DNA of 63,942 nt, counting the filler, from Octopus bimaculoides (lineage: Eukaryota), in assembly GCF_001194135.2 (NCBI RefSeq). It is 11 parts of 8 records of this genome, joined end to end, with 100 filler letters (N's around TTAATTAATTAA, not from the genome) between each part and the next. Parts side by side here need not be neighbours in the genome. Positions count along the whole stretch, not along the records: positions 1 to 4,646 come from NC_069005.1; positions 4,747 to 9,103 come from NC_068981.1; positions 9,204 to 14,707 come from NC_068982.1; 8 more parts are not named here. One strand, written 5' to 3'. Shown piece by piece: positions 1-12,597 of this stretch (its first letter is position 1; every line of letters begins with the position of its first letter). Position numbers and translations under genes: made by a program. Below the pieces are notes generated by a model, which was not told the origin of the DNA, made no database searches, and worked only from the letters and a program-made list of their open reading frames with translations.

Positions 1-44
<44 letters not shown>

Positions 45-339
45 TATATATATACACGCATATGCATATTTATGCAACCTATAATTATGTAGTATATATA
101 TATCTATACTATAATATATAGATATTGATATAGATATGGATATAGATATATAAACAGGCAAATTTAACTATCTCCTCGTACATTGAAAACCTAATCAAAT
201 TTACGATAACAAACGTATTTTGGAAAGTTCGGAACTTTATGTCATGCATTGTCTTAAAAAATAAGCTATAAATGTGGACCAATCAATGTGTTTGTTAATC
301 TGAGGTCTCCTCCATTTTCTGATTATTTGTATATGTATA

Positions 340-417
340 TATACTAATATATACTTTTGTTATTTACACCACCTGTCCTCGTCTGTTGTTATTTTTTGTA
401 TATTCTCCCATATATAT
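340..417 (+). mobile_element. 3' end fragment of hammerhead-bearing short element (family H)
   Basis: tatactaat...acaccacctgtcctcgtctgttg...ttctccc(TA)n matches copies at 6355-6435 and, as reverse complement, 21165-21250. Confidence 0.75.
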
Positions 418-1396
418 NNNNNNNNNNNNNNNNNNNNNNNNNNNNNNNNNNNNNNNNNNNNNNNNNNNNNNNNNNNNNNNNNNNNNNNNNNNNNNNNNNN
501 NNNNNNNNNNNNNNNNNNNNNNNNNNNNNNNNNNNNNNNNNNNNNNNNNNNNNNNNNNNNNNNNNNNNNNNNNNNNNNNNNNNNNNNNNNNNNNNNNNNN
601 NNNNNNNNNNNNNNNNNNNNNNNNNNNNNNNNNNNNNNNNNNNNNNNNNNNNNNNNNNNNNNNNNNNNNNNNNNNNNNNNNNNNNNNNNNNNNNNNNNNN
701 NNNNNNNNNNNNNNNNNNNNNNNNNNNNNNNNNNNNNNNNNNNNNNNNNNNNNNNNNNNNNNNNNNNNNNNNNNNNNNNNNNNNNNNNNNNNNNNNNNNN
801 NNNNNNNNNNNNNNNNNNNNNNNNNNNNNNNNNNNNNNNNNNNNNNNNNNNNNNNNNNNNNNNNNNNNNNNNNNNNNNNNNNNNNNNNNNNNNNNNNNNN
901 NNNNNNNNNNNNNNNNNNNNNNNNNNNNNNNNNNNNNNNNNNNNNNNNNNNNNNNNNNNNNNNNNNNNNNNNNNNNNNNNNNNNNNNNNNNNNNNNNNNN
1001 NNNNNNNNNNNNNNNNNNNNNNNNNNNNNNNNNNNNNNNNNNNNNNNNNNNNNNNNNNNNNNNNNNNNNNNNNNNNNNNNNNNNNNNNNNNNNNNNNNNN
1101 NNNNNNNNNNNNNNNNNNNNNNNNNNNNNNNNNNNNNNNNNNNNNNNNNNNNNNNNNNNNNNNNNNNNNNNNNNNNNNNNNNNNNNNNNNNNNNNNNNNN
1201 NNNNNNNNNNNNNNNNNNNNNNNNNNNNNNNNNNNNNNNNNNNNNNNNNNNNNNNNNNNNNNNNNNNNNNNNNNNNNNNNNNNNNNNNNNNNNNNNNNNN
1301 NNNNNNNNNNNNNNNNNNNNNNNNNNNNNNNNNNNNNNNNNNNNNNNNNNNNNNNNNNNNNNNNNNNNNNNNNNNNNNNNNNNNNNNNNNNNNNNN

Positions 1397-1397
<1 letters not shown>
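418..1397. other. Assembly gap (largest of 22 N-runs in the window)
   Basis: Run of N flanked by (TA)n and (CT)n. ORFs crossing it are artefacts. Confidence 0.99.
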
Positions 1398-1462
<65 letters not shown>

Positions 1463-1887
1463 CCTCTCTCTAATCCCTCTTCATCTTGGTCCTTAAACAT
1501 CATTAATCCATCACTAATCCCACAAAAACATATTCCATTGACACTTCCCTCGTTATTCTTATTTATTCTTTCTATCTCTTTTCTTTCCTTTCTGCTTCTT
1601 TCATTCCGTTCTTCTTCTTCATCACCTCCACTTCCACCTTCTTCATTTTCCTAATCATGATTATCAACAACAACAACATCATTTTTTTCTTCTTCTTTTT
1701 CTTCGTCTCCTTCGTTTTCTTTATCATCTTCATCGACTCGACATCATCATAACCATCATCATCATCATTATCGTCAACATTTTCTTTTTCTTCTTCTTCT
1801 TCTTCTTCTTCTTCTTCTTCTTCTTCTTCTTCTTCTTCTTCTTCTTCTTCTTCTTCTTCTGCAACTACTCTACTACTACTACTACTA

Positions 1888-1931
<44 letters not shown>

Positions 1932-2440
1932 TCTTCTTCTCAATCAGGATCAACTATTTCTCTTTCCCCTTTCGGTTCATTCTCCTTCGGTCACAGTTTG
2001 TCTGTCTGTCTGTCTGTATACGGTTTTCATGTCTTTTCTTCTCGTGCGTTTTCTTCCATCATCATAACCACCACCACCACCAAAACCACCACCACCACCA
2101 CCACCACCACCACTATCATCCTCATCATCATCATCCTCATCATCATCATCATCATCATCATCTTCATCTATGGCACCACCATTATCATAACCACCATCGC
2201 TATCATAATCATCATCATCATCGATATCATTATTATCATCATCATCATCACCACCATTACCACCACCATCACCATCATTTTCATCACTATTCTCATCACC
2301 AACACCTCCACCCCAACAACCATCATCATCATCAACATCACCATTTTCATCTTAACCTTCTGTCTTCTGCTTCTCCCTCTCCACTTCTTCCTCCTCCACT
2401 TCTTCCTCCTCTTCCTCCTCCTCTTCCCCCTCCTTCTCCT
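1398..2440. repeat. Compound microsatellite block (CT)n, (TTC)n, (CTA)n, (ACC)n/(ATC)n
   Basis: Seen directly. It explains the poly-L/S/E/I/T ORFs. Confidence 0.97.
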
Positions 2441-2605
2441 GCTCCAGTCTTTTTTGTTCTGTTGTCTTCTGTATTCTTCGAAACCTACCTATCCACCGCT
2501 CCTAGCTTCTATTATCACAAGGCCATTTACGTATGTAAAGTATTGGCTTCTAAGATGCTTCAAGTAACCTCACTACTTAACTTATCAAACCTGAAAGAAT
2601 GAAAA

Positions 2606-2737
2606 GCGAAGTGGCATTATAGCACACCGGGTGAACTGCTTAGCGGTATTTCGTCTGTCTTTACGTTCTGAGTTCAAATTCCGCCGAGGTCAACTTTGTC
2701 TTTCATCTTTTCGGGGTCGATAAATTAGGCACCAGTT
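2606..2737 (+). mobile_element. SINE-like family A copy (5' degraded)
   Basis: Shares the core gcttagcggtatttcgtctgtctttacgttctgagttcaaattccgccgagg with copies at 8068, 12385, 34098 and 45355. Confidence 0.8.
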
Positions 2738-3499
2738 ATGTTCGATTACTTTGAATATTGATTTTTTGTGTGTCCAATTTCTAATTTTTGCAGACAATAT
2801 CACTTTTATACTTTATTTGACACGTGAGTAGAACTCATGTCTGGAAACCTCGTGACATACATTGTTGAAAAAAATCGATAATTGGGCCCCTCCAAGGGAT
2901 CCTTCTATCTACTACATATTATTAATATTTTATTTAAACAACCGAAAGTGTGTGTGCATATATATATATATANNNNNNNNNNNNNNNNNNNNNNNNNNNA
3001 TACCCATACCACCTGCAGTTTTTAGCGAAGCGATGAATATTTGTTTCTCGTGCTCAGCCGAGCTAATGCTGCATTTCACTACTCACAGTTTTGAACTGTT
3101 AAACATTATTATTGTACTTCCTTGATTTGAATCTTAAACCTTTAATGACTTCATTCATACATTTCTCACGGACAGCTCTATGTCGAATGCTCTAGAGTTG
3201 GAAATCCGGAAAATTTATTCATCTATGCACCCAACGGTAAAACCAACAACATTGTGTATCATGAAGCCCTGCAAGACTGAAATTTTGGAACAAAGATGCC
3301 TCTCCCTCCGACAACCTTTCTCAACAACCTCTCTCACCAACCTCCGAAAACCTCTCCCGCCAACCTCAGACAACTTCTGTCGCCAACCTCTCTTGACTAC
3401 CTCGGACGACCTCTCTCACCAACCTCGGAAAACCTCTCCCGCCAACCTCAGACAACTTCTCTCCCTCCTGCAGTTGACAATTTTTGTACTTTTTCGCGA

Positions 3500-4644
3500 C
3501 GGAAAACACACCTTTTGTGATAGTTATAACGAAATTGCTTTCTTATATCAGAGTAATGAGGCGGTAATCTTATTCCATAAATTCTTCACCCAATTCACGA
3601 TTGGAGGATGGGTTTGACAAAGTTTCCACGATGATGTCTCCCCATTGTATGTTCGATATATTTATTCACTTCCATCCGCAAATAATCCTTGAAGGGTTTG
3701 TTTATTACAAGATCTAATGCTTGTAGATATGAATTCATTTCCGCGGGAATCATTATGTGGTCAATTCTTTCAGAAAGGAAGGTTTTCACATCTTTTACAC
3801 GATGAGTACTGGCCGAATCCCAGACTAGAAGACCTCTTTGAGAACCACGTAAACCAAGTGGTATAGTTAAATCAATCCATTTTCTTATAACCGCTTGTGT
3901 GCACCAAACCTTTTCCATTTCAAAGACATAAATGCCCGAAACTCGTTCTATTTTCTCTGTTTTGCCCTTTGTGATGATAAGCGGTGGGACTTTTGTTCGA
4001 TCAAAACGAATTGCTAAAATACAAGTAACTCTTGTTATTTTCGTAACCCGTTGAGGCAACGTAGATTGACAAGGCACTTGTCTGTTCAATTGTCGTTTTA
4101 GATTCTTGGTCCATAAATACTGCGGTCTCATCTATAGCAATTATATTGGAGACATTGTATTTAGAAAAGTCGATGCCATCAACGAAGGACTTGAATGCAA
4201 GTACACGTTGAATCACTTCAGCATCCTCCAGCGTGAACAGTGTTGTCGATCTTCTTAGAGAGAGCTCATATCACCGAAGGAAGTTATCCAACCAATAAGA
4301 TGATGCTTTGAATATCTCTGGGGGTATATCCAACAGTGGTGTCATTGCATGAGCAAATTCTTGAATATCAGCCCTGTGTACAACCAAAACCTTTGTTCTT
4401 CTATCAGCAATCCATCTCGAGGTGATATCTTCTAGCTCCGAAAATAACGGTTGTCAGCCTGATCCACACTTGCGCGTCTTAGCACTTCCTTTACCCACCT
4501 GTCTTATCGTACTTCTTAGCACTTCCTTTACCCACCTTGCTAACAAGCTGATGCATTTTTGATTAGATCATATTTTCGGGATAAGACTTATATTAAAAAC
4601 AACCTGAAAAATCATGGAAGGCTTCTTTTCAGGGAAACACGGTA
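3500..4644 (-). pseudogene. pogo/Tigger-like (CENP-B/DDE_1) DNA transposon with frameshifted transposase
   Basis: Minus-strand peptides IIAIDETAVF, LLVWDSASTH and YLQALDLVINKPFKDYLR match the DDE_1 pattern. An upstream CENP-B-like HTH is broken by stops. A Tigger-like terminus TA|CCGTGTTTCCC lies at 4644-4632. Confidence 0.88.
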
Positions 4645-4646
4645 TA

Positions 4647-4746
4647 NNNNNNNNNNNNNNNNNNNNNNNNNNNNNNNNNNNNNNNNNNNNTTAATTAATT
4701 AANNNNNNNNNNNNNNNNNNNNNNNNNNNNNNNNNNNNNNNNNNNN
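4647..4746. other. Artificial 100-nt scaffold spacer N44-TTAATTAATTAA-N44 (also centred at 9148, 14752, 24954, 27359, 33084, 42309, 49972, 51971, 62143)
   Basis: An identical palindromic 12-mer with stops in all six frames always sits inside symmetric N-runs. Confidence 0.95.
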
Positions 4747-4867
4747 TTTTTCTGCTTTGTTTTCGACCCCCTCGAAAAGAAAAACTCTACATTTGTATTT
4801 TGTCCCCTCTGTGTTGAGCCCTGTGTGGCTAATAAAGAAACCTATCTATCTATCTATCTATCTTTAT

Positions 4868-5030
4868 ATATAGTTGAAATTTACAGAAAAGCAAAACACG
4901 AAGACAGGTGTATAAACAACAAACAGGCGTATTAGTTTAACGCTCGGGAAGGTGAGAAAGTCTTTTACGTTTCGAGCCTCAGCTCTTCAACAGAAAGGAA
5001 CACGAGGAAATAAACAGAGAGAGAATAAAA
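4868..5030 (-). mobile_element. Family H element with hammerhead-like motif
   Basis: Minus strand CTTT-CTGTTGA-A-GAGC TGAG GCTC-GAA-ACGT-A-AAAG; homologous to the 6270 and 21165 copies. Confidence 0.75.
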
Positions 5031-5178
5031 ATCTTTTGGAGCTAGCGGTCATACATATCCATACGTGCGTATGCACACACACACACTCTCTCTCACACAC
5101 ACATCTATATAAACGTCTTTTGTGTGTGCATGCGTGTGTATACGTGTACGTGTGTGTGTGAGCGGCTCTGTGCGTGTA

Positions 5179-5216
<38 letters not shown>

Positions 5217-5219
<3 letters not shown>

Positions 5220-5990
5220 GATGCGGTGAATATAACGTCGTCTAAATTATGCACAAATGAAAATAACTCTGACATCTCATTTTAACAGCTATATTTACCA
5301 AAATTACATAAAAATATCTTGAAATACCAAAGAGTAAATTTATTCAAAAAAAATCGCCATTGGCTTCAACCATTGTCTCCAGACGACTTTGGAATCTCCT
5401 GCAACTCTTCTGGACGGTCTCCTTGTTTAAGTTGGTGAATGCTGCCATAATCCTTGCATCCAGTTCATCTTTGGTGTTACAAGGAGTTTTGTTGGTCGCT
5501 TGCTCAACTGCGCCCCACACAAAATAATCAAGGGGGTTGCAGTCTGGGGAGTTAGGTGGCCAGATGTTAGGGGTGATGTCATCGCAGAAATTGCCCGATA
5601 GCCATGACTGCTTGTGTGGCATGGTGCAGAGTCCCTGTTGCCAGACATAGGGCCTTCCAGCAGCCACCCTCTTGACCCAGGGTAGCACTATCTCCTCATG
5701 GCATTTGATGTAGGCCTCCGTGTTGAGTCTGAGGCCGTGTGGGAAGATGAATGGAGGCACAACGTCACCTTCACTAGTCATCACTCCAAACACCATGATG
5801 TTGATTGGATGTTTGACTTTTATCACTGTCGGTACATGGCATCAAATTCACACCCAGACACCCTGAAATATTTGTATTGGAGCTTCTGGCGCGAATGCCA
5901 AGCATTCCAGCATGTTGTTTCTAAATTTCTTGCAGACGGTGCCAAACTGGGCGAAATTAAAGATATAAAACGACAATTTACTCATCGCAC
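5217..5990 (-). pseudogene. Tc1/mariner-superfamily (maT/DD37D-like) transposon, 5'-truncated and frameshifted
   Basis: IMVFGVMTSEG, YVWQQ then (frameshift) DSAPCHTS, WPPNSPDCNPLDYFVWG, EANGDFF. A terminus TA|CAGGATGCGGTG sits in a TA microsatellite at 5217. Confidence 0.88.
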
Positions 5991-6146
5991 TCTGTTTTTT
6001 TTTTCTCTCCTTGTTTCTTTCTGTGTTCCATTCTGTGGAAGAGCATAGGCTTGAAACGTTAAAGACGTTTTCACTTCCCGAGCGTTATACTAATACATCT
6101 GTTTGTTTTCTACACCACCCGTCTTCGTCTTTTTTTTGTGAATTCT

Positions 6147-6150
<4 letters not shown>
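5990..6150 (+). mobile_element. Family H element with hammerhead-like motif
   Basis: CTGTGGA-A-GAGC ATAG GCTT-GAA-ACGT-T-AAAGA at 6033-6065; the element ends in (TA)n. Confidence 0.72.
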
Positions 6151-6191
<41 letters not shown>

Positions 6192-6269
6192 CAAGCACAC
6201 ACGCGTGCGCGCGCGCACACACACCATGATAGATCGCTGACCACTACACACATTTTTTCTCTCCTTTTT

Positions 6270-6440
6270 TTCTTTTCTTGTTTCTCTCCTTGTTTCTTTC
6301 CGTGTTCCTTTCTGTAGAAGAGCGTAGGCTCGAAACGTTAAAGACTTTCTCAATTCCCGAGCGTTATACTAATACATCTATTTGTTTTCAACACCACCTG
6401 TCTTCGTCTGTTGTATTTTTGTGAATTCTCTCTCTATATA
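6270..6440 (+). mobile_element. Family H element with hammerhead-like motif (tandem with previous copy)
   Basis: CTTT-CTGTAGA-A-GAGC GTAG GCTC-GAA-ACGT-T-AAAG at 6308-6343; ends ttctctctc(TA)n. Confidence 0.75.
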
Positions 6441-7649
6441 TATACATACACACATACACATATGCATGCGAATATTCATATTCATACATATACAAGCATA
6501 CACACACAATACACAATATATAATATCTAGATAGGTAGATAAATGGATGGACGGACAGATGTAAGTATAGTCAAACAGAGAGTGATAGACATGTGGTAAA
6601 TTTCGAACTTGTAACATTTTGAACGGAGCGAGAAAACCTTCATTCGACTTCTAGAGATAGCGGCTACATTTTCTCAAAACACTGCCATTTTTAAAAGATG
6701 AGTCCACCGAATGAATGGTGTCGTCCAGAATAATTTCTCAAAAAATAAAAAAACTGATGGAATAGTATTGGTCACAATACTGGCCATTTCCCCCGAAAAA
6801 GCCACTCACCCATTTGTTTAATGTCACACTTCGACCTTCTAACCTGCCAAAATAATATCACATGACTCTGGGTTTTTCTATGGCTACTACAGGTACTTTA
6901 CGCTCCTCCCACGTCTTTGCCCTTCTTCTCACCCATGTCTCTACGCTTAGGCCCTACCCTAGCCCTGACGCCAAGTCTCTTCCAACTTCGGAATGTCAGT
7001 CCTGTGTAATTTCCTTCTCTACTCATGTTCTTTTCTGTCAACCGACAATTTATTGCTACCCAGGAGGGGCATTAATCGCCTGAATCTCACCAATGCCAGA
7101 CAAACTGTGTAGACCACGGGGCGCTCCTCCTTTCACTAAACCAAACAAATACAGCACAAAACAATACACAAAATAATTGGGTCGACACGAGACAAAAGCA
7201 ACAACAACAACAACAGTAATACCTATAGGTTGAGAAGAATTTCGGCATTGTGATTATTGGCTTTGTTATTCTCCTTTTAGTGATCAATACGGATTTCAAC
7301 AGAGATTGTTCAATTGTATTAACGTTATAATAATACCACCACAGCGACAATGCGTGCTAAGAGGGAGGAAGAGAAGAACGACATACTTTGTAATAATCCT
7401 TTCAGTTTAATTGGCAAGACGCGATTGACTAAACATGTTGAAGGAACAACGCGTCTTTCATAAAAGCCGCTCAATCAGGCGACCTTTACATGGAGGTCAC
7501 GGAACTGCTGTTGTTAAAGAGTCATTAGACAGGCTACAAAGTGGAAATCCGTTCAGACATGCAATCACCTCATCAATTTAACTTGATACTCGGCGGATTC
7601 CACGAGAAAGCGTTACAAACCCGCAGACAACAGGCACAAAACAATGTAA

Positions 7650-7654
7650 TAGTA

Positions 7655-7747
<93 letters not shown>

Positions 7748-7833
7748 GTGGTTTTAAATTTTTCCACAAGGGCAGCAATTTTCTACTATAGTCACAAGAC
7801 CTGAAATTTTGGGGCTAGTCGACTCCAGTGTTC

Positions 7834-7873
<40 letters not shown>

Positions 7874-7875
7874 CC

Positions 7876-7907
<32 letters not shown>

Positions 7908-7912
7908 CACCA
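7650..7912. repeat. (AAT)n and (AAC)n/(ACC)n microsatellites
   Basis: Seen directly. Confidence 0.97.
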
Positions 7913-8067
7913 ACGGCGGCAATTGAAGAAACAAAGAAATAAATATATTGAGTCAATACAGCAATACTGTTTATGATGTAAAAAAGGGAAAGAGTTTTAC
8001 CGAACAATTACTGTATTGTTTTATCGAAACTGTGTAAAGCGCTTTTCTCAGTTTTGCTTTTGTTATA

Positions 8068-8222
8068 AGAATAACAGTGGTCAGCGAAATCGGCAGAATC
8101 GTTAGCACGCCGGGCGAAATGCTTAGCGGTATTTCACCTGTCTTTATGTTCTGAGTTCAAATTCCGCCGAGGTCGACTTTCCTTTCATCCTTTCAGGGTC
8201 GATTAAATAAGTACCAGTTACG
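8068..8222 (+). mobile_element. SINE-like family A copy
   Basis: ggcagaatcgttagcacgccgggcgaaatgcttagcgg...gagttcaaattcc (B-box-like)...aataagtaccag. Confidence 0.85.
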
Positions 8223-8269
8223 TATTTAGAACTTGGCAAGTCGCTTGTTAGAGCCGTAAAAGCTATTTA

Positions 8270-8480
8270 TAAGGATGCTATCAGTAAAGGGAGAGTCGGC
8301 CATGAGTATGAATGAAGACAGATGCATAAAGAAATTCCGACCGCTTAAAGTGGATGCCAACCGTGGAAAAGGGAAACCCAGGAAGACATGGGATGAAGTA
8401 CTGAAGGCCTCTCTAAAGATGCTGGATCTAACGGAGAAGATGACAACGGATAGAAATGTCTGGCGATAAGAAGTTCGTGA
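8270..8480 (+). pseudogene. 3' end of RTE-like LINE ORF2
   Basis: MNEDRCIKK...NRGKGKPRKTWDEVLK...DRNVWR matches the RTE C-terminal G.R.RGRP...W.D...DR..WR pattern. Confidence 0.75.
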
Positions 8481-8804
8481 GAAGACCCATCTCCCTCAGT
8501 GAAACTGAGTTCTGGAAGCTGCCTCTTGTATCATTGCTCTACTATCGCCCCATCGTATATATCCGAATCATTCACCAATTACTACATTCAACCACTCCTA
8601 CCATCTTCCCCTTTGCACTCCCTTGAACTCCCGAATCATTCACTCTCACCAATCCACTGTACAACTCTACTTACATCGACCTCATTGGATCCAGTGAGTA
8701 CACCCTGACACATCACCACGGTATTCTCTCTCTCTTTCTTTTTCTCTCTCCTTTTTTTTCTCTCTCTCCTTTTCTTGCACTCTCGCTCTCTCTCCCCCTC
8801 TCTG

Positions 8805-8968
<164 letters not shown>

Positions 8969-9206
8969 TTCTCACGGACGTGCTGTCACATCGGCTGCGA
9001 AGGTAAACGTTTATTTGACCTTTTACTGTCCACATTTTGTTGGAATTTTTAAATAATTTTGTTGCGAAGCACCTAGGCTTCATTTGTGTGTATTTTCAAG
9101 GGCNNNNNNNNNNNNNNNNNNNNNNNNNNNNNNNNNNNNNNNNNNNNTTAATTAATTAANNNNNNNNNNNNNNNNNNNNNNNNNNNNNNNNNNNNNNNNN
9201 NNNCAC

Positions 9207-9238
<32 letters not shown>

Positions 9239-10334
9239 AAGTTTGTTACAAGTTATAAAAGTATAAATTTTTGCGTTTAAATTATGATTATTTCTTAGAC
9301 TAATATACGTTCACAAAGTTTCGGGCTAAACAGAATTCCCTTTTCTTTGTTCTTTTTTGTTTCTTGAATTTAAAAATTTTTTGTGTGGAATTTTTAAATT
9401 TTTTGTGCCGGCCTCCATTGAACCTTGCGCTGACAAAGAAAGAAATAGGATTTTCAGGAAATGACTAAATGCGTAGATTGGACATTCTGCTTTGATGGAA
9501 GGAGAGTGGTGCAAGCAGACTAAGCTATTGTGTTGCATGTGTTGACATGTAAGTACATGCGTTTTTGTGTGTCAGAACCCTGCGTGTATTTGTTTGCTTT
9601 CGGTGGAATTTAAGATGACATATTTCACATTCCATAACAAATTTTTAGCCTTGTATATTTATTCTATAGAAGAGGAACATTGCCATCCAGTAATAAGTTT
9701 GAAATAACGTATCATATTATCGGGGTGTTGGTGGAGAACCGAGTTTTCTTTAAGTTCCAAGTTTGTTTTTTTTTCTTATCTATAAAAACATTTTACCTTT
9801 TGGAAGTAGTTGTCACGAGAAAAGGGTTTGGGGAAGTCATAATCTAGGTATTTTTCCTCTTTTGACATTACAGATTATTTTCCTTCCTTTTCTAATCTTT
9901 TTCTCTTTTATTTTTTGTTATTTATGTAATTTAAGTGGTCTCATGTGAATTTGTCTCGGCGAGAATGTGCCCAAAGAATCTAAATATGCTTGCTTTCAAA
10001 TGACAACTCTCCTAAGGGAAAACAAGGAATTTTGCGATTTATTTTCTTCGGTAGAAAATAATATCTTTTCAATTATGGATCATTGTATACTTGAATATTA
10101 CCAATAATTTCGTGAAGAATTTAAAGAATTCACAGAATTAGGGTGATATACATTTCAATCATTATAGCAAACTGCATGTAAAAGTATTTTCGAAAGAAAC
10201 CTGAGTTTTAATACAAATTATTTAAATTAAACAAATATTCCTTAAACAGATTTTAAACTTGATTCAAATGGGGTTTTTTTCTTCTATTTTCCTTGTCGTA
10301 GTCTTGTATTTATCATTCTAGAGAAAGGTAGCCA

Positions 10335-10445
10335 GCTGGTAGAAACGTTAGCCGCATTTCTTTCGGCTCTTTATGTTGTGAGTTCAAAATTCGGCTGAGA
10401 TCAATTTTACCTCTCAAATACTGAGTCAATTTTATCGACTAAACA
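10335..10445 (+). mobile_element. Degraded SINE family A copy
   Basis: gctggtagaaacgttag...gagttcaaaattcggctgagatcaatttt is a diverged version of the family A core. Confidence 0.55.
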
Positions 10446-11134
10446 CCTTCACCACAAAATTGTTTAGCTACCTCCACATTAATTCTGTAACAGGTAATTC
10501 CACTGATCAAACGACTGAGTCCTCATTACAGAGAGCCACCACCATTATAATAATATATCTTGAAATAAATAAAAAAAAAAGGTGGATGGGGCAAAGTGTA
10601 ATGCACCGAACAAGATTACTTAGTGTAGATTCTCGTGTATACGTGATACTTTTTTTTCATTCGAAGATATTGACATTATTTAACGTTTATTGTAGTGCAT
10701 ATATCGCTCATTTTCCCATAAAACACAGTCTAAAAACAAACATACTGCTCATCTACTAACCATACAAAATAGATGGTACATTCTTAATAGCAGTCCATAG
10801 AAGAGTGAATTTGTTGTTTAACTTTATACCGTAAGTAGCAAACTTTAATCATTAGTTTTTCAGTCAATAATTGAAATATTGATAACTTCTTCATTACAGG
10901 TAAATAAATTCTGAATTCCTTATTTACAAGGCAGGAAAGCAGTTTAAGTATTGTAACCGTGCATTCGTATTGCACCGCACAGAAGTAATGCAGACCACTA
11001 CTTACTATCTATATAGCGTTGATATGAATTTTATTGTCCTTGATAATCTTCTAAACACGGTCTTTCACACCAGAAAATATATTTGATATTCTGTATTTTG
11101 GAAGATAGCTCCAAGTTCGAGGCCTACATCAATT

Positions 11135-11522
11135 GCATGCATGTTGGCACTCCGTCGCTTACAACGTCGAGGGTTCCAGTTGATCCGATCAACGAAACAG
11201 CCTGCTCGTGAAATTAACGTGCAAGTGGCTGAGCACTCCACAGACACGTGTACCCTTAACGTAGTTCTCGGGGAGATTCAGCGTGACACAGTGTGACAAG
11301 GCTGACCCTTTGAATTACAGGCACAACAGAAACAGGAAGTAAGAGTGGGGGAAAGTTGTGGTGGAAAAGTACAGCAGGGTTCGCCACCATCCCCTGCCGG
11401 AGCCTCGTGGAGCTTTAGGTGTTTTCGCTCAATAAACACTCACAGCGCCCGGTCTGGGAATCGAAACCGCGACCCTATGACCGCGAGTCCGCTGCCCTAA
11501 CCACTGGGCCATTGCGCCTCCA
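11135..11522 (-). mobile_element. Full-length tRNA-derived SINE family B with ~12-bp target-site duplication
   Basis: Head GGAGGCGCAATGGCCCAGTGGTTAGGG (A box) and GGTTTCGATTCC (B box). It is near-identical to 46810-47202. Flanks are cctacat(c/t)aatt at 11123-11134 and 11523-11534. Confidence 0.92.
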
Positions 11523-12083
11523 CCTACATTAATTATGACATGGAAATTTTGTAAAAAAAAAAGTCAAATAGTTTTCAGTACATTCATATACTTTTCTGAA
11601 ATGGTTTGTTAACGACTTAGCAACGTATAAATTGGTCGCTATCAATTGGTATTTATTTCTTTTCAGTTCGAAAACACGATAAGTTTAGTATTGATAACAC
11701 TCCGCTGGGTTCAAATTGGCCTGTCACAAGCTTTTGAGATCTATTTCAAGAAAAACTAGCGTCCTCGATGCTGGGGAAATTGGTAATTAAATACAAAAGA
11801 AATATTGTGTTAACATGGGTAACGGGAGTGTCTTTTCTTATTTTGCTATTGCATGTGATGAAGTTCGACAAAAGGCGTTTTTACGTGAAATGAAATAGAA
11901 TAAAATTATAAGAGACATAAGAGTTCATTGACTTGCATTTAATCAGTGGAATACTCACAAAGAAGACGTAAGAATATATACAAGTAGGTTTGATAAACAC
12001 GGCCTACAACCGATATATGAATGAAGAACTAAGTCAAAATATATCTTAAATGAAGATACCATTTATTTATGCACGAGTATATA

Positions 12084-12282
12084 TTAGGTTGGTGCATAAT
12101 TATTGCATCCTTAAATGATTATTCCGGAGCATATTCACCATCTACTTCAATTACTGCTTCCCATTTGCTTGGCAGCCGGTCGGAATAATTATTTAAAGAT
12201 GTTTTTGTTACATGTTGTTATTGTTTTTGTTGAAAAAAATTTATTGAAAAAAAAAAGCCGCAATAATTATACACCAACCTAA
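12084..12282 (-). mobile_element. Internally deleted mariner element (MITE-like)
   Basis: TIRs TTAGGTTGGTGCATAATTATTGC / GCAATAATTATACACCAACCTAA, with TA on the left. The inside (12119-12183, minus) encodes the mariner C-terminus DRLPSKWEAVIEVDGEYAPE*. Confidence 0.88.
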
Positions 12283-12384
12283 AACGACAGCTATGCCCGC
12301 TTACGTGCTAAGTTCTTATCCCAGAGAGATGCCTTTCATTTTTCCCTTTCTGATAAAATAAGCACGAGTAATATACTACAACAG

Positions 12385-12597
12385 AAGGTGGCGGGTTGGC
12401 AGAATCGTTAGCACGTCTTGCACAATGGTTAGTGGTATTTCGTCAATCTTTATGTTCTGACTTCAAATTCTGCCGAGGTCGACTTTGCTTTTCGTCCTTT
12501 CGAGGTCTATAAAATAAGTACCAATTGAGTACTGGGGTTGATATAATCGACTTACCCTCCCCCGAATTTGCTGACCTTGTACCAAAATTTGAAGCGA
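12385..12597 (+). mobile_element. SINE-like family A copy (long form)
   Basis: Family A core plus the tail gagtactggggttgatataatcgacttaccctcccccgaatttgctgaccttgtaccaaaatttgaa, also seen at 34098-34320. Confidence 0.85.

Noticed and set aside
7425-7470. AAGACGCG...CGCGTCTT inverted repeat as a pre-miRNA
   Set aside because: The stem is too short and the loop too large for a miRNA precursor.
11440-11522. tRNA-like sequences (also at 14308, 20607, 36011, 45941, 46810)
   Set aside because: They have A/B boxes but continue into shared SINE bodies and lack a complete cloverleaf, so they are SINE heads, not tRNA genes.
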